A DNA stretch of 64,000 nucleotides from Alphaproteobacteria bacterium (GTDB taxonomy: Bacteria > Pseudomonadota > Alphaproteobacteria > MPNO01). The notes below the pieces were generated by a model, which saw nothing but the letters and a program-made list of their open reading frames with translations, was not told the origin of the DNA and did not search any database. Position 1 is the first letter of the stretch; each line of letters begins with the position of its first letter. Of the stretch, positions 60,576-64,000 are shown one piece after another. The position numbers and the translations under genes are program-made. The stretch spans positions 2,464,001 through 2,528,000 of the forward strand of contig OZ219866.1 in assembly GCA_964291675.2 (NCBI GenBank), given 5' to 3'.

Positions 60576-61319
60576 ATGCACATGAAGACCGTCGAGGTCG
60601 TCGATCGCTCGCCGATGATCGACAAGCTCAACGACATGCTGGAGCTCGATCCGGCGAGAACGGCCATTGTCGCCATCGACATGCATCGGGGCCATCTCGA
60701 CCCCGAGGTGGCGACCATGCCGTGCAGCCCCGAGGTCTGCGACAGCGTGATCGCGAACACCGAGCGGCTGCTCGCCTTCTGCCGCGGCAACGGCCTGCCC
60801 GTCATCCACGTCGTGGTGGTGAACCGGGACATCAGGGGCGTCGGTTCCGAGGCCAGCATCCGGCCGTTCTTCCAGTACATGAACCGCATCAAGGAAGAGA
60901 CCGACCGGCTGGCGCCGGGGCGCCGGACGACGGTCATCGGGCACAACATGGAAGGCAGCGTGCAGACCGAGATCATGCCCCGGCTGTACGACGAATCCGA
61001 CTACGTCATCGACTACAAGAAGCGCCAGGACTGCTTCATCGGCACCGACCTGGAGCTGCTGCTGCAGACCGTCGGCGCCGATACGGTGGTCATCGTCGGC
61101 ATCAACACCAATACCTGCGTGCTCAACACCGCCTTCACCTCGGCGAACAAGAACTACAAGGTCGTGGTGGTCTCGGACTGCGTCGGCACCATGTATGGCG
61201 ACGACCTGCACGAGTTCGCGCTGCAGAACATCAGCCGCTGCCTGGGCTGGGTGCTCACCATCGACGAGTTCGAGGGCAAGGTCGCCGCGTCATTGCCGGA
61301 GCGCCTGGCGGTGTCCTGA
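60576..61319 (+). CDS. Cysteine hydrolase (isochorismatase family)
   Basis: Asp-Lys-Cys triad motifs AIDMH, KKRQDCF, GINTNTCV. Confidence 0.9.
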   Translation: MHMKTVEVVDRSPMIDKLNDMLELDPARTAIVAIDMHRGHLDPEVATMPCSPEVCDSVIANTERLLAFCRGNGLPVIHVVVVNRDIRGVGSEASIRPFFQYMNRIKEETDRLAPGRRTTVIGHNMEGSVQTEIMPRLYDESDYVIDYKKRQDCFIGTDLELLLQTVGADTVVIVGINTNTCVLNTAFTSANKNYKVVVVSDCVGTMYGDDLHEFALQNISRCLGWVLTIDEFEGKVAASLPERLAVS

Positions 61320-61333
61320 ACCGCGGGACGGCT

Positions 61334-62435
61334 TCACGCGAAGCCGTGCTCCAGCAGCTCGAGAAAGGCCTCGCGGCCGATGCCGGCGAGGCCCATCCGG
61401 GCGAGCGTCAGCCCTTCCGCGCGGAAATCCCGTTCGAGGATCGTCGAGGCCAGGTGGATGACGTGGTCGATGACCGGCGTCTTCACGCCGGCGATGCGGC
61501 CGAGCTCGGAATAGATCAGGTGGCCGTAGGGCACGTCTTCCAGCAGATAGCGATGCGCGAGCGTCGTCGGCGCCATGATCCAGCGGTCCGGCTCGCTCTG
61601 GTGGAAGGCCTCGTAAGCGAGCCCTGAGGCGCCGGCCTCGTCGGTGGTGTAGCCCATGCGCCAGAACAGCTCGACGAACGGCATGGTCTTGGCATCGAGC
61701 GCCGCGGCCACGGCCAGGCGTTCGCGGTCCACCGCGTCGATCAGCCGGCCGACCGACGGCGTGATCCCGTCATAGTAGTGCCGGAAAATCGCCCCCCGTG
61801 GCCTCGATCCGGCCGGCGTTGCACAGCACCGCCGGCGGGTGGTGGATCGCGTTGCCGTAGGGGAAGACGGTCTCCAGCACGTTGGCGAAGGGCTGCACCG
61901 ACGGGTAGACGGTCCTCACCACCTCGTGCAGCCTGGCCGTCTCGCGCCCCGGGAAGCCGCCGAAGACCATGAAATCCGACACCCGCGAGATGCGGCACTT
62001 GGTGGGCTCGATGCGGCGGCAGAGATAGGGAAGCGTCGCGGTCTCGCAAAATACCGGGTGCGCGATGCCGTGCTCCCTGAGCACATGCGGTATCAGCAAC
62101 AGCGTGTGGCCCGGCGAGACGAACAGGACCTGGTCTTCCCGCAGATGCGGCGCGGCGGCGGACACCCATTTCTCGTGCAGATGGGCGGGGCTCACGATCA
62201 TCACCAGCTCCGCGCCGTCCATCGCCGCTTCGGCGTCGTCGGTGATCGACGCGAGCGGCGCGAAGCCGTCGCCGAACGGGGCGGTGTAGTGGATGCCGCC
62301 GATCTCCTGGAGCGGCGCCAGCGCGTCGCGGTCCTGGCTGTAGAGGCGGATCTGGAAGCCGAGCGTCGTCAGATGCGCCGCCGCCGAGGTGCCGCCCCCG
62401 CCGGCGCCGAAAATGGCGATCCGCTCTACCGTCAT
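61334..62435 (-). pseudogene. NAD/NADP opine (octopine/nopaline) dehydrogenase family, split by a +1 frameshift near 61787 (real or sequencing error)
   Basis: IAIFGAGGGG, ETATLPY.CR, NAIHHP; removing one T gives GDFRHYYDGITPSVGRLIDAVDRERLAV...HRYLLEDVPYG. Confidence 0.8.
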
Positions 62436-62545
62436 GTCCATCCCCCCTCCCCGCAACCGTGCCCAAATGCACGCACAGGATCAACTTGCCGGTGCCGTGA
62501 ATTGCCGCCATGCTCGCCGCAGTCGGAATTCGGAACGCAGAGACC

Positions 62546-63777
62546 ATGACAGGACAGGACACGACCGCGCCGCCGCTGGTGTTCAGCCATTTCGGCTACG
62601 ACACCGGCGCCTATGACCGGGCCGTCGATTTCTGGACCCGCGTGTTCGGCTTCGGCATCAGCGACCACGGCCCGCTCGGCAAGCAGCGGATCTGCTTCAT
62701 GACCCGCCGCCCGTTCGAGCATCACCAGCTCGTCGCCGTGAGCGGGCGCGATCCGGCGCAGCCGACCACGGTGGCCGATCTCGGCTTCCGCGCGCCGGAC
62801 CTCGGCGAGCTCAGGCGGATCGCCGCCCTGCTGGCGGAGGAGGGGGGGTGACCGGCATCGCCGCGGTCGATCGCGGCGTGTCGTGGACGCTCCATTTCAC
62901 CGATCCGACGGGGCTTCCCGTCACCATCGATGTCGACACCCCCTGGTACGTCCCGCAGCCGCAGGCCTGGCCGCTCGACCTCGCGTCCGACGACGAGACG
63001 ATCCGCGCGACGACGCGGGCGCGCTGCGAGGATCGCGCGGGCTTCTGCAGCCGCGAGGAATGGCGCGCGGAGACCGAGGCCACGCTGGCCGCGAGCGGCA
63101 AGCTGCAGCTCCAGGCGACGCCGACCGTCGACCCTCCGCCGCCCGATGCCGGACCGGTCTTCCGCAACGATTTCGGCACCGGCGAGCGGTTTCCCCGTGT
63201 CTCGATGTTCCGCGTCGGCATGCTGGCGATCGATCTCGACGCGCTGGCCGACTTCTACGAGACCGAGCTCGGCTATCTCGTGACCGGGCGCGGGCTGCGC
63301 CCCGCCGTCGGCGAAGTTCCGGCGGCGGAGGTCGTCTACCTCACGCGCGACCCCAGCCAGGTCGCCCAGCTCGTCCTCGTCGCCGGGCGCCCGGCGGAGC
63401 TTCCGAGCAGCATCAACCAGGTCACCTTCAGGGTGCCGTCGCTGCCGGCGCTGCGCGAGGTGTGCGCACGCATGTACGCCCATCCCGAGGTCGACGACTA
63501 CCGCCCGGTGGATCACGGCAACTCGTTCTCGCTCTACTGCAACGACCCGGAGGGCAACACGATCGAGCTCAGCCGCGAATCCGCCTGGTACACGCCGGCG
63601 CCCAGCGCCTGGCCGCTCGACCTTACGCTGTCCGACGAGGAGATATTGCGCGTGTCCGAGGCGCGCTGCCATTCGGTGCCGGGCTTCATGATGCGGGCCG
63701 ACTGGAAGGCGCGGGCGCGGGCGCAGCTGCTCGATGCCGGGCGGCTCGAGGCCGAAGCTTTTCCCCGGCCCGCCTGA
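62546..63777 (+). pseudogene. Tandem two-domain VOC/glyoxalase-family protein, split at a G7 run (62842-62848)
   Basis: Domain 1 FSHFG..DFWTRVFGF..EHHQL continues as VDRGVSWTLHFTDPTG in a shifted frame; domain 2 DHGNSFSLYCNDPEGNTIEL. Confidence 0.75.
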
Positions 63778-63791
63778 CCGGCGATCGCCCG

Positions 63792-64000
63792 CTACCGGCC
63801 GGCGGCGAATTCCCTGAGCACGTCGAGCGCGAGCCTGCGGTCGTCCGGCGAGCCGCGGATCTGGATCGCGGGCTCGGTCACGCCGGTCTCCAGATAGGCG
63901 GCCAGCCGGTCGCGGCAGTTGGCCGGCGTGCCGCCGACCGCGAACGCATCCACCGCGTCGTCGGGAACCAGGCGTTTGGCGGTCTCCATGTCGCGCCTGG
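63792..64000 (-). CDS. C-terminal fragment of an LLM-class oxidoreductase (runs off the window)
   Basis: LVPDDAVDAFAVGGTPANCRDRLAAYLETGVTEP, typical LLM/Mer C-terminus. Confidence 0.7.
   Translation of the reverse strand, partial: RRDMETAKRLVPDDAVDAFAVGGTPANCRDRLAAYLETGVTEPAIQIRGSPDDRRLALDVLREFAAGR

Noticed and set aside
62849-62851. TGA ending the first VOC half as a second Sec candidate
   Set aside because: The continuation is in a different frame and there is no Cys-type motif; it is a frameshift.

Overview
High-GC bacterial chromosome segment, probably alphaproteobacterial (inferred from gene content and codon style). It starts inside a respiratory nitrate reductase operon (narGHJI plus a parvulin PPIase). 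The rest is mostly transport and catabolism of unknown small molecules: four TRAP/TAXI systems (one decayed), a Dpp/Opp-type ABC system and a Liv-type ABC system with three permeases. Main observations: (1) two apparent ORFs at 38339-39433 form one AhpD-like protein read through an in-frame UGA in a C-F-Y-U-T-T-T-H motif with a SECIS-like hairpin, a probable selenoprotein; (2) it ends a six-gene operon containing an APH/MtnK-like kinase, an enolase paralog with altered active-site residues, a 2-hydroxyacid dehydrogenase and an LLM oxidoreductase; (3) a GntR regulon marked by TGATATATCA palindromes at three promoters links a PanB paralog with substituted metal ligands, DUF6166, a TRAP transporter, an Fe/2OG dioxygenase and a di-iron hydroxylase; (4) a ~14 kb operon carries four paralogous GHSRG alpha/beta hydrolases, one of two unusual ~430-aa hydrolase-fold paralogs, an amidase and a divergent cyanuric-acid-hydrolase/barbiturase-family enzyme. 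Also present: IS256 (9-bp TSD) interrupting a low-GC gene, IS481, integrase and RTX-like relics, a FitAB/VapBC toxin-antitoxin pair and two genes with homopolymer frameshifts. No rRNA, tRNA or CRISPR array was seen. Family assignments are by-eye motif recognition, not database searches.
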